DNA from: Bdellovibrionota bacterium
GTDB taxonomy: Bacteria; Bdellovibrionota_C; UBA2361; OMIW01
Length of the DNA stretch: 35,899 nt
Direction: 5' to 3'
NCBI GenBank assembly: GCA_044345055.1
Contig: JBIJBT010000023.1
Coordinates: forward strand, 1 to 35,899
Program-made: the position numbers and the translations under genes
The notes under the pieces: model-generated
What the model saw: the letters and a program-made list of their open reading frames with translations, nothing else
Database searches by the model: none
Told to the model about the DNA's origin: nothing
Shown: piece after piece, positions 1 through 8,969 of the stretch
Numbering within the stretch: the stretch's first letter is position 1
Layout: every line of letters begins with the position of its first letter

Positions 1-1753
1 GGGTGGGCGCGCGGCTCGTGGTTGCGGGGGGGCGGGGGGGGAAAACGGGTCCTGCGGTGGAGGAGTAGAGGGGAACTAGCTCACCTTCACGATCATCGGG
101 TCGTACCGTTGAGGAGTAGAGCTGGAGCCGAACCGGTTCGTTGGTGGTGGCGATAAGGGGAGTGTCCTCGATACGCACCTCGTCGCCGGTGTGGTGGCCC
201 TGAGCAAAGATGCAGAGAAGGTGCCTGGCACCTTGGGTGGGTGCGGGGTGAGGGAGGGGGTTGTCCTGTGAAATCGGTGGGTTAAAAAGGTGCCTGGCAC
301 CATTTGGGGCGCCATTGGGGGTGGCCTCAGGGGTGTTGGCGGGGGAAGGGGGAAGGTGCCTGGCACCAGTTTGGGAGGTGCCTGGCACCTTTTGGGGAGG
401 GTGGGGGTGCCGGACTCCGACATCGAGATAGAGGCTGCGGGGGTACGCCATTGCGACGCGGCGGGAAAGATTGCGGGTGCTGAGTGCGGAGCGGGCGGCG
501 CCGTGGGCAACGGCTAGAAGAAAGGAGCGGTTGGGAAGAACTATGGGGGCGATGCCCTGCTGCCAGCGGGTGATAAGGCGAGTAAGGCGGTCCTGCAAAA
601 GGGGTGAAATAAGGGTGCCGCCGGTATAAAGAATGGCATCGACCCGCGCACCTGCCAAGAAGGCCGCCAGATGGCGGGTAATCGCCACATCGGGTGGAAA
701 TGGAAGTCCAACCTCACGGAGCGCTACTGAACGCCCACTGGGGGTATCCCTGGAGCCACACGGGGGAAAGAAACCCTCGAGTATTGTGGTGGCTAGTTCA
801 TCGCGGGTCAGGGTGACCGTTTCGGTGGTGGCAAAAAGATTACTTCCCTCGCCGGGGATGGTGAGGGTCATCGGAGCGGCTGCGGAAGAAGCCTCAGCTC
901 CAGAAAGATACCCCTCTTTGACCCGCCGCGCCTGATAGAGAATCGCTGTCCATGCTCGCGCGGATAGGGTGCGCGAGAGATGTTGTTGCACGAGATGCCC
1001 TATCGCGTGATCGATCGTGTCGCCGCCAATAAGAAGGTGTTCGCCGACCTTGACCCGTTTGAGCTCGCCCGAGCGCTCGAGCTCCAATAGGCTAAAATCG
1101 GTGGTGCCACCCCCGATATCGACAACTAAAATATTTGCAGGCCGCTTTGTAAGCTGAGATAACGCCGCCTCGTCTTGCTCTAAAAAGTGGTGGAATGCCG
1201 CAACAGGCTCCTCGAGGAGTGTAGTATCCGAGGGAAGCCCAGCTTGTGATATCGCTTCTCGGGTGAGCGCTTGAGCTATCGGATCAAATGATGCGGGGAC
1301 GGTGACAACGACCTGTTGATGCTCGAGCCGATACGAAGAATCGAATGCCGCCATCGTCTCGTTCCACTGCTCTCGAAGATGCGAAAGATAGAGCGCCGAT
1401 GCCTCGACAGGGCTCACCTTTTTTGCGAAGGAGGAGACGGTTTGATTGAGGGGGAGTATCGGCGCGCGGCGATCTATCGTATCGACGATAAGCCACGATT
1501 TTGCGCTTGAAACAACCGGCACTGCGCCGTATTCCATCAACTCAAGCGCAGCACGGCCGATAAGCCGCGATCCTGAATCGAGGAGCGCCACGGTCGAGGG
1601 TAGCAGCTCTCCGACACCGATCGTGGATTCGGAGAGCTGCTGTGGGACAGGAAACAGCTCTGTGCGGCGCTCCGCTGAGAGGGTGTCGACGTACGCGAGG
1701 GCGCAGTTGGTGGTGCCTAAATCGATGCCGATGCAGTAGCGAGATTTTGTCAC
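1..1753 (-). CDS. Hsp70/DnaK-family protein (second, downstream paralogue of the DUF2760 operon); 3' end truncated by window edge
   Basis: Not in the ORF track because it has no stop inside the window. Hand translation from GTG at 1753 (GTGA overlap with the upstream stop) gives MTKSRYCIGIDLGTTNCALAY, VVVTVPASFD, TLLEEPV, ILVVDIGGGTTDFSL, GEHLLIGGD, AILYTGG, LAVAHGAA, RSLYLDVG, LCIFAQG and LYSSTVRPDDREGE. These motifs are colinear with the 1750..3747 protein. No in-frame stop in the segments I translated. Confidence 0.92.
   Translation of the reverse strand, partial: MTKSRYCIGIDLGTTNCALAYVDTLSAERRTELFPVPQQLSESTIGVGELLPSTVALLDSGSRLIGRAALELMEYGAVPVVSSAKSWLIVDTIDRRAPILPLNQTVSSFAKKVSPVEASALYLSHLREQWNETMAAFDSSYRLEHQQVVVTVPASFDPIAQALTREAISQAGLPSDTTLLEEPVAAFHHFLEQDEAALSQLTKRPANILVVDIGGGTTDFSLLELERSGELKRVKVGEHLLIGGDTIDHAIGHLVQQHLSRTLSARAWTAILYQARRVKEGYLSGAEASSAAAPMTLTIPGEGSNLFATTETVTLTRDELATTILEGFFPPCGSRDTPSGRSVALREVGLPFPPDVAITRHLAAFLAGARVDAILYTGGTLISPLLQDRLTRLITRWQQGIAPIVLPNRSFLLAVAHGAARSALSTRNLSRRVAMAYPRSLYLDVGVRHPHPPQKVPGTSQTGARHLPPSPANTPEATPNGAPNGARHLFNPPISQDNPLPHPAPTQGARHLLCIFAQGHHTGDEVRIEDTPLIATTNEPVRLQLYSSTVRPDDREGELVPLYSSTAGPVFPPRPPATTSRAPT
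218..418. repeat. Intragenic array of REP-like palindromes GGTGCCTGGCACC
   Basis: Exact copies at 220-232, 289-301, 355-367 and 377-389; a degenerate copy GGTGCCGGACTCC at 406-418. Copy 1 extends to the 17-bp palindrome AAGGTGCCTGGCACCTT (218-234). Confidence 0.9.
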
Positions 1754-3747
1754 GAATGCTCCGAACGGGTGCCAAAGGCGAGTCGCCACGAATCAGCGCC
1801 CGCGGTTTCCTGAAGAGTTATCTCGAGAAGTCCAAGCTCAGTAAGTCGGGTGTGAAGCTGAACGGGGATACGAGCGCTCGCAGTCATTTGTGATGCCGAA
1901 GTTTGTAACATCGGAGTTTCTATCCCAGAAATTTCTCTCACAGCCCCCGAGGCCACCTCAGATGTTGCTCGAGTGATCGTCGCGCATACTGGCTCGAGTT
2001 CATCGAGCATCCGCTCAGCATCAGAGACCTCGTCCCCCGCCCGGTCGTCGGGGCGTTCACCGCTCGCAAAAAGTCGAAACTGAACCTCGTCTCCCGCAGC
2101 AAGAGAAAATGTTCTTGCAGGCAGCGCAATGTCGTTACCCTCCTCAACTCCGCGCGGAGCGATACAGAGTCCCTTAAGAGGCGGGCTAAATCCGGGAACA
2201 GCAGGCATCGCGCTCTCGACCCCGATATAGAACGATTTTGTCGTCGCAGAGCGGACCCGAACTCCCTCGCCTGAAGCCTTTAGCCGAGCATACCACGCCG
2301 CACCAACACTGACGGCCTGCGAGCGATCGATGCCGTGCAGCTCTGTTATTGGAAATGGAGAGGACCATTCGCGAAGAAGGTTGAGCACTCGATTGCGAAG
2401 CGTATCGCTATTGAAGACACCACCATTAAAGAGCACCGCAGATGGGCGCACAAACCCATCAGTTGCCCGCTCACGCAACGGAGCAAGCTCTGCGGTTTGG
2501 TTGATGATCGCGGCGCTCCTCGCAAGAAACGCAGCAAGATGCTTCGTTATCGCGGGGTCGGCTGCATACGGGAGGCCAAATTCGGTGAGGCTCGCTCCTT
2601 TTTTTTGCAAAGGAGTTGCGGTCCGCTCGACCTCGGGAAAAAATCCTCCAAGCACTATTTCGTCGATATCCTCTCTCGTTATCGACGCCTCTATCGGTGC
2701 CGCAAAAAGATTTGCACCTCGGGTTGGTATAGTAATAGTGTACGAAGCAAGCTCTGAATCCGAGAGAAGCCGCTCTTTTGCGCTCTGAGCAAGATAGGTC
2801 AAAACCCCCATCTGCCACGGGTCTAGCTGTTGATTCGCAGGAGCAAGCCGAGAGCGGGCTCGGTACGCGAGAGCCAAATCAATATTATCTCCGCCAAGGA
2901 GGATATGTTCTCCCACTGCGATACGGGAGAGCGCCAGCTCGCCGTTTTGTTCGAGCACAGCAATGAGCGAAAAATCAGCCGTGCCACCCCCTACGTCGCA
3001 AACAAGTAACGAATCGCCCGGCTTGACCATTTTTCGCCAATCGTTCTCGTGATGAGATAGCCAGGCGTAAAAAGCGGCCTGTGGCTCCTCCAAAAGGGTA
3101 CACGAACCAAATCCGGCGGCTATCGCAGCGTCGTGAGTGAGTTGGCGCGCGACCTCATCGAACGATGCGGGAACCGTGACAACTGGTGAGCCCACGGAGA
3201 ACGGGTCACTCCATCCCTGCTCAGCCGCCCAAGAGGTTGCCGCGTGACGAAGTTGTGAAAGAATCGCCTTCGAAACAGCGAATGGAGAGAGTTTCTCTAT
3301 ATCTTCAGCTGCATGGATGGGGAGCACGGGGGCGCGTCGATCAATAGCTGGATTACATAGCCACGATTTTGCCGAACGAATTACCCGATCAGGGGTGCGA
3401 GCCTCCTGTTCGCGAGCGTAAACCCCGATAACGGGCTTGGAGCTCCCCTCGCTCCACGGGAGTGAGAAGGTCGCGGTAGAGGCCTCCACGGCGGTTGGAA
3501 GATAGAGCACCGAGGGGAGGAGTGGGCTAGTGGTTGTTACACCCGGGCTCTGAACCTGCCGAAGGGAAACGGGTTGTGGCGCGTTGGAGGTGCTTTCAGG
3601 GTGCTTGCACTCGGAATCAGGGTGCTTGCACTCGGAATCAGGGTGCTCGCACTTGGAATCAGGGTGCTTCCAGATGGAAACGGTGCTGTTTGAGGTTCCA
3701 AGATCGATGCCGATAGTTAGATGTGGGGATAAATCTTGTGTGCTCAT
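1750..3747 (-). CDS. Hsp70/DnaK-family protein (atypical, DUF2760-associated)
   Basis: GIDLGTSNS phosphate-1 motif, VTVPASFD, LLEEPQAAF, VCDVGGGTADFS phosphate-2 motif, LGGDNIDLAL, VLFNGG, AVSVGAA. The C-terminus lacks a canonical DnaK substrate-binding domain and lid. Confidence 0.93.
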   Translation of the reverse strand: MSTQDLSPHLTIGIDLGTSNSTVSIWKHPDSKCEHPDSECKHPDSECKHPESTSNAPQPVSLRQVQSPGVTTTSPLLPSVLYLPTAVEASTATFSLPWSEGSSKPVIGVYAREQEARTPDRVIRSAKSWLCNPAIDRRAPVLPIHAAEDIEKLSPFAVSKAILSQLRHAATSWAAEQGWSDPFSVGSPVVTVPASFDEVARQLTHDAAIAAGFGSCTLLEEPQAAFYAWLSHHENDWRKMVKPGDSLLVCDVGGGTADFSLIAVLEQNGELALSRIAVGEHILLGGDNIDLALAYRARSRLAPANQQLDPWQMGVLTYLAQSAKERLLSDSELASYTITIPTRGANLFAAPIEASITREDIDEIVLGGFFPEVERTATPLQKKGASLTEFGLPYAADPAITKHLAAFLARSAAIINQTAELAPLRERATDGFVRPSAVLFNGGVFNSDTLRNRVLNLLREWSSPFPITELHGIDRSQAVSVGAAWYARLKASGEGVRVRSATTKSFYIGVESAMPAVPGFSPPLKGLCIAPRGVEEGNDIALPARTFSLAAGDEVQFRLFASGERPDDRAGDEVSDAERMLDELEPVCATITRATSEVASGAVREISGIETPMLQTSASQMTASARIPVQLHTRLTELGLLEITLQETAGADSWRLAFGTRSEHS
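3596..3669. repeat. 21-bp tandem repeat, 3.5 copies, in frame (KHPDSEC-type heptapeptide)
   Basis: TCAGGGTGCTTGCACTCGGAA at 3596 and 3617, a variant at 3638 and a partial copy at 3659-3669. Confidence 0.95.
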
Positions 3748-3812
3748 TTATGATACTTCTTGCTACTCGTTCACTTGAAAAGAATGTGCAGCGCTCATGC
3801 ATTCAAAGAAAC

Positions 3813-4682
3813 TTATCTGAGCTCAACATCAGCTGGAGCAATTACATAGGGCGGCGTCCGTTCACCCGTTACCACGGGAAGCGATACCTTCGTCGTTAAC
3901 CAGCCCCGATGAATAATCGACCCCTCAGTGGGATAGCTAGGCGTTTTACCCTGAAGCCGAACCTTTTCAGGATCTGGCGCGCTCGCCAGATGAACAGATG
4001 CTCCTTCATCCTCACTTCGAACCGACTGAATATCAAAGATTTCTTGGAATACAGAGCGGCACCCCTGATGAACAAAGCGCGCCACGGCACCGACCTGTTC
4101 ATTTGAAATTGGAGCGATATCCTGCATCACAAAATCAACGAACCGCCCCCTCTGCTGGAGGAGCGAGACAAGCTGCAACGCCTCAGCTATCGATTGCGCC
4201 GCAGGCTGGGCCGGAGAGCGAGCGGGAGCCGCCGCAAGCCTTGCCTGAGCCTCCGCCAAAGCACGTGAAAGCTCTTCGCCCCTCTCACGCCCCTCTCTAA
4301 GCTCCCCCGAAACCGCCGCTAACTCACCCTCTAGCCCCCGAACTCGCTCAGCAAGCGCAACATTTTTTTCGCGGAGCTGAATGGTTGGGTCCGGCTGAGA
4401 AGCAGCTTGTTTCGGCGCCCGCCGCACGAGGGGTTGCAGGATAAGGTATCCGCAAACAGCAGCAAGAAGCATCTGCTGCTGCTCTACCGATAACGGATTG
4501 GTCTGCACAACGGTTGGCGCGACAATAGGACCGCCGAGTGCGGCGAGGATAAGAGCTGCGATGATGATTTGGATGGTGTTCACAGAAGGTCGTTGTGGTA
4601 AGTGTGAAGCTTGGTCATTGGCTTGGAAAAAGGGAACGGGATTTTTGGTTCCGAGGTTACCGATTTTGTGAGGGAGGGGCAA
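3813..4682 (-). CDS. DUF2760 domain-containing membrane-anchored protein
   Basis: Two N-terminal hydrophobic helices, a coiled coil, then EALQLVSLLQQRGRFVDFVMQDI...VGAVARFVHQGCR...IHRGW...VIAPADVEL, which I recognise as DUF2760. It sits upstream of two Hsp70 genes. The true start may be GTG at 4583. Confidence 0.85.
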   Translation of the reverse strand: MPLPHKIGNLGTKNPVPFFQANDQASHLPQRPSVNTIQIIIAALILAALGGPIVAPTVVQTNPLSVEQQQMLLAAVCGYLILQPLVRRAPKQAASQPDPTIQLREKNVALAERVRGLEGELAAVSGELREGRERGEELSRALAEAQARLAAAPARSPAQPAAQSIAEALQLVSLLQQRGRFVDFVMQDIAPISNEQVGAVARFVHQGCRSVFQEIFDIQSVRSEDEGASVHLASAPDPEKVRLQGKTPSYPTEGSIIHRGWLTTKVSLPVVTGERTPPYVIAPADVELR

Positions 4683-4775
4683 CCTGTGGGGTCGCGGATG
4701 AGATTTTTAGTATTTCGAGACTTTTCCTACTTTATATGGGAGAATATCTTGAAAATTAAATCAAGGAGAGAGGCT

Positions 4776-5597
4776 GTGATTGTGAAAGATCGTGAAACGG
4801 GTACGGAAGGCAGCGACACTTCTAAACCATCTTTTCGTCTACCTTTTCTTTTTCCAACAATAACGGAGAAACCGCCCGCCTATAACAACATTAAGGCCTT
4901 TCGGATTATTGAAAGGGCGTTAGAAGACCTCGGAAATTTGGATAAAAATCTCTCCTACCACTCCATCAAACACACCGAAAACGTCATGAAGACGGTCTAT
5001 GACCTTGCAGTGGCCGACAATTTATCTCCACGAAAAGTTGAGCTCCTCGTCGTCGCAGCAGCCTATCACGACTGGGGATATCTCGAGACATCACGTCACA
5101 ACGAGCCTATTGGTGCTAGAAAAGCAGTATGGGAGATGATTAAGAGCGGCAAATACTTCTTATCCGGGATGGTTGAGGTGGGGCGCGCAATTTCAGCGAC
5201 AGCTCTCGAGAAAAATAAAGATGGCGTGCTGGTTCAAAATCCTAGAACGGAGCTCGGGAAATACTTGTGCGATGCGGATCTTTCTGGGTTTGGCAGGCCT
5301 AGATTTTTTAACGATTCTTTGAATGTGTTGAAGGAGATGAATGGGCCAAATATTTCGAATGGGGCAGATTTACTGAATAATAAAGACAAAGTGCTTTCGT
5401 TCCTTCAATCAACCCTCACCATGATGGAAGCTCATACTTATCAGACTCCGGCTGCTAAGGCTGATTTTGATAGTCAGAAAGAAGTTAACACTCAGCGACT
5501 TCGCGATTTAGTTAGCGCTCTTGAAAACAATGATCAAGTGCAGGTCAATAGCATCTTCGATCTAATGACAAAGACTGAATCGGCAGAGGCGCCATAG
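4776..5597 (+). CDS. HD-domain metal-dependent phosphohydrolase
   Basis: YHSIKHT...AAAYHDWGY...HNE...ISAT...LCDADLSGFG motif series. Start placed at GTG 4776, 7 nt after AGGAG; GTG 4782 is an alternative. The ORF track start at 4611 overlaps the divergent gene. Confidence 0.8.
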   Translation: MIVKDRETGTEGSDTSKPSFRLPFLFPTITEKPPAYNNIKAFRIIERALEDLGNLDKNLSYHSIKHTENVMKTVYDLAVADNLSPRKVELLVVAAAYHDWGYLETSRHNEPIGARKAVWEMIKSGKYFLSGMVEVGRAISATALEKNKDGVLVQNPRTELGKYLCDADLSGFGRPRFFNDSLNVLKEMNGPNISNGADLLNNKDKVLSFLQSTLTMMEAHTYQTPAAKADFDSQKEVNTQRLRDLVSALENNDQVQVNSIFDLMTKTESAEAP

Positions 5598-5657
5598 ACC
5601 CATTCACCCGAATCACCGAAATCGGCAGCCCAAAAAAAGCATTTGCCAAGTCCAAAT

Positions 5658-6848
5658 TCACTTGCAACTCGATTCTCCCGCACCCCTAACCGCGCGAAAA
5701 AAAACCTCTACGCCACGACGTACACCATTTCGTCGCCAAACGGGTGCTTCAGGGCAAAAACACTGCAAAAGCTTTTTTACCTGCCGCTTCGAGGGGTCCT
5801 TGAAAAAAAGGAAATTATCTTCAAGAAGGGAATACAAAACCCGACCGGGACTTACGGTGCCAAACTCATGGACTGCTTGATCCACAACCGCGTGAGGAAA
5901 TAGGTGGGGGATTAAGTACCCAAGAGATCCATTGGTAATATAGTTGATTGAATCGGTAGAATCTGGAGCTTGAACATCCTGATCGGGAAACAAGGTGATA
6001 AACCTTTTGTGTGCGTCGCTCCCATCTGCATCATCAAGGAGTAGAGCATCTTTGCAAAATCCTCCCAAACCGGAATGAAGATCGAGGCAGATTACGTGAT
6101 CATCCGGATTGATGTTGCTCTTTAGCCATGTTGAGAATATCTGAAGCTCCTGTTGTAACTCCAAACCACCATAAAAAAGCCCCTCTGGATCGATATACTG
6201 CCCACCGGTAATTGCTTGAAGGACCTTGCGGAATCCGTGCTTTAGGACCTTGCGCAGAGCCGCAATCGTAAATCTGCCCACCGTTGGCCTTTTAACGGGA
6301 AGTAGGAGATCGCGCACCAATCCATACTCTGCAAGCCCCACCCTTTCAAGGGGGGGAAATACCGAATTGCGATTTAGATCGACGTTGTTCTCGTTAGATC
6401 TTCTCACCATCGCCATACCCCACGGATTGAGGCAGTGCACCAGCGCGACTCCACAATCGGGCGGCAGCACGTCAAGGCTATTAAAAATACAACACTGAAT
6501 AGCTGAACCCAGATACCCCTCGACGCCGTGAGTGCCAGCGATATGGATTATTTTCCGATGCGCGGCCGGGTCGCCAATATAGGCGATATCGATCGTGAGA
6601 GGCTCAGGAAAAGAGGACGTTTTAGTGGCTACGGGAAAGGAGGATACCTTCGCACCGCGCGAATTAGCGAGTTGAAGGAATCGGCGACGTGATTGAAAAA
6701 AATCGTGCGGGTATAGATCTGCTTCGTCTATGCCCTTAGTCTCAGGAGAGGCGTCGAAGGAGAGCGAGGAACGGGGTGGTATGTTCATTCGATGAGAAAG
6801 AGATCGGGGTGCTAATTTTAAATTTGGCGGCTCTGCACTCGAAACCAT
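5658..6848 (-). CDS. DUF2817 / M14-family metallopeptidase-like protein
   Basis: AGTHGVEG, LNPWG, RRSNENNVDLNRN, DLHSGLG and EFGT motifs. The start may be further downstream. Confidence 0.85.
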   Translation of the reverse strand: MVSSAEPPNLKLAPRSLSHRMNIPPRSSLSFDASPETKGIDEADLYPHDFFQSRRRFLQLANSRGAKVSSFPVATKTSSFPEPLTIDIAYIGDPAAHRKIIHIAGTHGVEGYLGSAIQCCIFNSLDVLPPDCGVALVHCLNPWGMAMVRRSNENNVDLNRNSVFPPLERVGLAEYGLVRDLLLPVKRPTVGRFTIAALRKVLKHGFRKVLQAITGGQYIDPEGLFYGGLELQQELQIFSTWLKSNINPDDHVICLDLHSGLGGFCKDALLLDDADGSDAHKRFITLFPDQDVQAPDSTDSINYITNGSLGYLIPHLFPHAVVDQAVHEFGTVSPGRVLYSLLEDNFLFFKDPSKRQVKKLLQCFCPEAPVWRRNGVRRGVEVFFRAVRGAGESSCK

Positions 6849-6862
6849 TTCACGATGAATTA

Positions 6863-6874
6863 CGAACTAGTTCG
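6863..6874. promoter_or_regulatory. Perfect 12-bp palindrome CGAACTAGTTCG, candidate operator
   Basis: Seen directly, just upstream of the DUF2817 ORF start, within a longer imperfect inverted repeat. Confidence 0.3.
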
Positions 6875-6996
6875 CGTAAATTAATCGCGTATAGAATTGC
6901 AAAGACCGAGTGCGCTTCAGCCAACAGAATGCTTCAATAAACGCATCGGGACCATATCTAAAAATGCCTCACGCGACTATTTGCTACTTTTCCCTT

Positions 6997-7479
6997 CTAA
7001 CCCCCAAACTCCCCCATCAACGCCTGAAACACCTTCGCTTGAATCTGCCTCTCGAACTCAGCTGAATTACCCCGATAGAGAAATTGTGAACCAGCACCCT
7101 TTATAACCACCTCCACCTCGGGTTCACCACCTGAAGCCTTCGCAGCTTGTCCAACATCTGGCGCATCTCCTTGAAACAGCTCAGCATCTCGCGCTAGCTC
7201 AATAAGACGTTGAACTTTAGGAGAATCGCTGGTCCCTTTGACTGAAAAAAAAGTTGGATTGTGATTCGGCTTATACTCCCGCAGCTCAATCAAAACCGAA
7301 GCCTCGCGCCGAACCGAAACGTTATTAACCCATTCGACAAAAGCGAGCTGTTGAGATGATTGCGGAGGATAGGCACTCAGCATAATTAGCGGAGCAGCAG
7401 ATATGAGAGATCCAAGAGCCAGCCATCTTACGAGTGAACGACGAATCTTCGTTGCCGTTGATGCTCCTCCATTACTCAT
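6997..7479 (-). CDS. Hypothetical exported or membrane-anchored protein
   Basis: Strong RBS (AGGAGG) upstream; basic N-terminus followed by a hydrophobic segment; 30 bp downstream of cca. Confidence 0.7.
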   Translation of the reverse strand: MSNGGASTATKIRRSLVRWLALGSLISAAPLIMLSAYPPQSSQQLAFVEWVNNVSVRREASVLIELREYKPNHNPTFFSVKGTSDSPKVQRLIELARDAELFQGDAPDVGQAAKASGGEPEVEVVIKGAGSQFLYRGNSAEFERQIQAKVFQALMGEFGG

Positions 7480-7509
7480 GGCGATACCACCCTCCTAATA
7501 CTCACAACT

Positions 7510-8895
7510 TCAAAGAGCTAGCTCGCGCGCACGTTCCAATAGCACCTCACGCACATTAATCGCAGGATCCTCTATCACCATTTCAGCGAGTTGGTGCAAA
7601 ATCGCACCTACCCGGGGGCCGGCGGGGACTGAGAGCGACATGATATCGTGACCATTCACAGCAAGCTTATCAACCGGGCGACCCTCGAGACGTTTACGCT
7701 CCGCTGCAACGAGGGCATCGAACTTTCCAACTCGAAGCAGGTGATCATCGTCGCTTAATGTGGGCGTTTTATCGGCATCCTGAAACGCGCGAAAGCGATC
7801 GAACTGTTCTCCTAAATCGCGCAATAATCGCCGCACACCAGGTGCCCCACAATCGATGCTCCGCATATGATTGCGAACTAACATTGTTACGGTGCGCACC
7901 TCATCGGTCGAGCATCGCCACCGTTGCAGCGCCTCCTCGCAGAGCTTTGCGCTCACAACTTCGTGCCCATAAAAGTGCCGATTCCCATCGTCGTCGATCG
8001 AAAGAGTGGCCGGTTTTCCGGTATCGTGAAAAAGAGCGGTGAGCCGCAATATTCGATCCGATGCCGAGGTTCGCTCAACGACCGATAATGTGTGATTGAA
8101 AACATCTTCGATGTGCCATTTATTTTGATCACATCCGATGCTCGGCATTAGCTCCGGAATCAAAAGTGGCAACGCTTCGAGATGACGAAGCGCGAAAAAG
8201 CCGGCTCTTGGATGTTGAGAGCAGAGAATGTGTATCAGCTCCTCCCGAATCCTCTCGACACTTACTGCGGTGATCCTATCGACAAGAGATCTCGCGGCAT
8301 TTTGTGTTGCCTCGTCTACAGAACGACCCGATGCGTGACCAAACCGAACCATTCGGAGGATCCGGAGTGGGTCCTCGCTGAGCCGCTCGTATGGATCGCA
8401 AACCGCTCGAACTATTTCAGATCGCAAATCATCTAGTCCGTTAAATGGATCGATAATTTCACCAGTAAACGGATTAAGAGCAATGGCATTTATCGTGAAG
8501 TCCCGGCCACTCAGATCAATTGTAATTGACTCTGAAAAAAGGGGCGCATTCTCAGGATTAGGGAGGCGAAATGTGGTTATCTCGACGGGCGTATCATCTT
8601 CTAGGAGTGCAGTGACGGTACCGTGCCGCAGCCCAGTTGCATAGGTGCGAATGCCACATTTCGCGAGCCGATCCTGAACAGCGATCGGTTCTAGCCGGAC
8701 TGCGATATCGATATCTAGAGGTTGAACACCGAGAGCAGCATCGCGTAACGCACCTCCAACGAGGTGACACTCTGCATCAGCACCTAAAGCTTCAAATAGT
8801 TGAGCGCAACGAACGGTAATCGGCTCAATTGTGGCGCGAAGTCTGGAGCTGATGCGGGCATCGGATGGAAAGGCAGTCGAGAGTTTCGGCACCAT
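7510..8895 (-). CDS. cca: CCA tRNA nucleotidyltransferase with HD domain
   Basis: LVGGALRD, DIDIA, EITTFR, DLSGRDFTINA, EDPLRILR, VSVERIREE, HD motif (LFHDTGKP), FYGHE, LAVNGHD. The sequence alone cannot separate CCA-adding from CC- or A-adding specificity. Confidence 0.9.
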   Translation of the reverse strand: MVPKLSTAFPSDARISSRLRATIEPITVRCAQLFEALGADAECHLVGGALRDAALGVQPLDIDIAVRLEPIAVQDRLAKCGIRTYATGLRHGTVTALLEDDTPVEITTFRLPNPENAPLFSESITIDLSGRDFTINAIALNPFTGEIIDPFNGLDDLRSEIVRAVCDPYERLSEDPLRILRMVRFGHASGRSVDEATQNAARSLVDRITAVSVERIREELIHILCSQHPRAGFFALRHLEALPLLIPELMPSIGCDQNKWHIEDVFNHTLSVVERTSASDRILRLTALFHDTGKPATLSIDDDGNRHFYGHEVVSAKLCEEALQRWRCSTDEVRTVTMLVRNHMRSIDCGAPGVRRLLRDLGEQFDRFRAFQDADKTPTLSDDDHLLRVGKFDALVAAERKRLEGRPVDKLAVNGHDIMSLSVPAGPRVGAILHQLAEMVIEDPAINVREVLLERARELAL

Positions 8896-8969
8896 AACTT
8901 CAATGTATCTCGAACTTAATTGTATTTCGGGCCGACTCCATCTTCAAAGAGTGGCTCGAAATACAGTCC

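Noticed and set aside
76..935. Small ORFs 76..510, 290..517 and 633..935
   Set aside because: They are alternative-frame or antisense shadows of the Hsp70 gene, kept open by GC-rich, stop-free repeats.
4611..4775. N-terminal extension of the HD protein overlapping the DUF2760 ORF
   Set aside because: A better RBS-linked GTG exists at 4776/4782, and the extension is low-information, probably promoter DNA.
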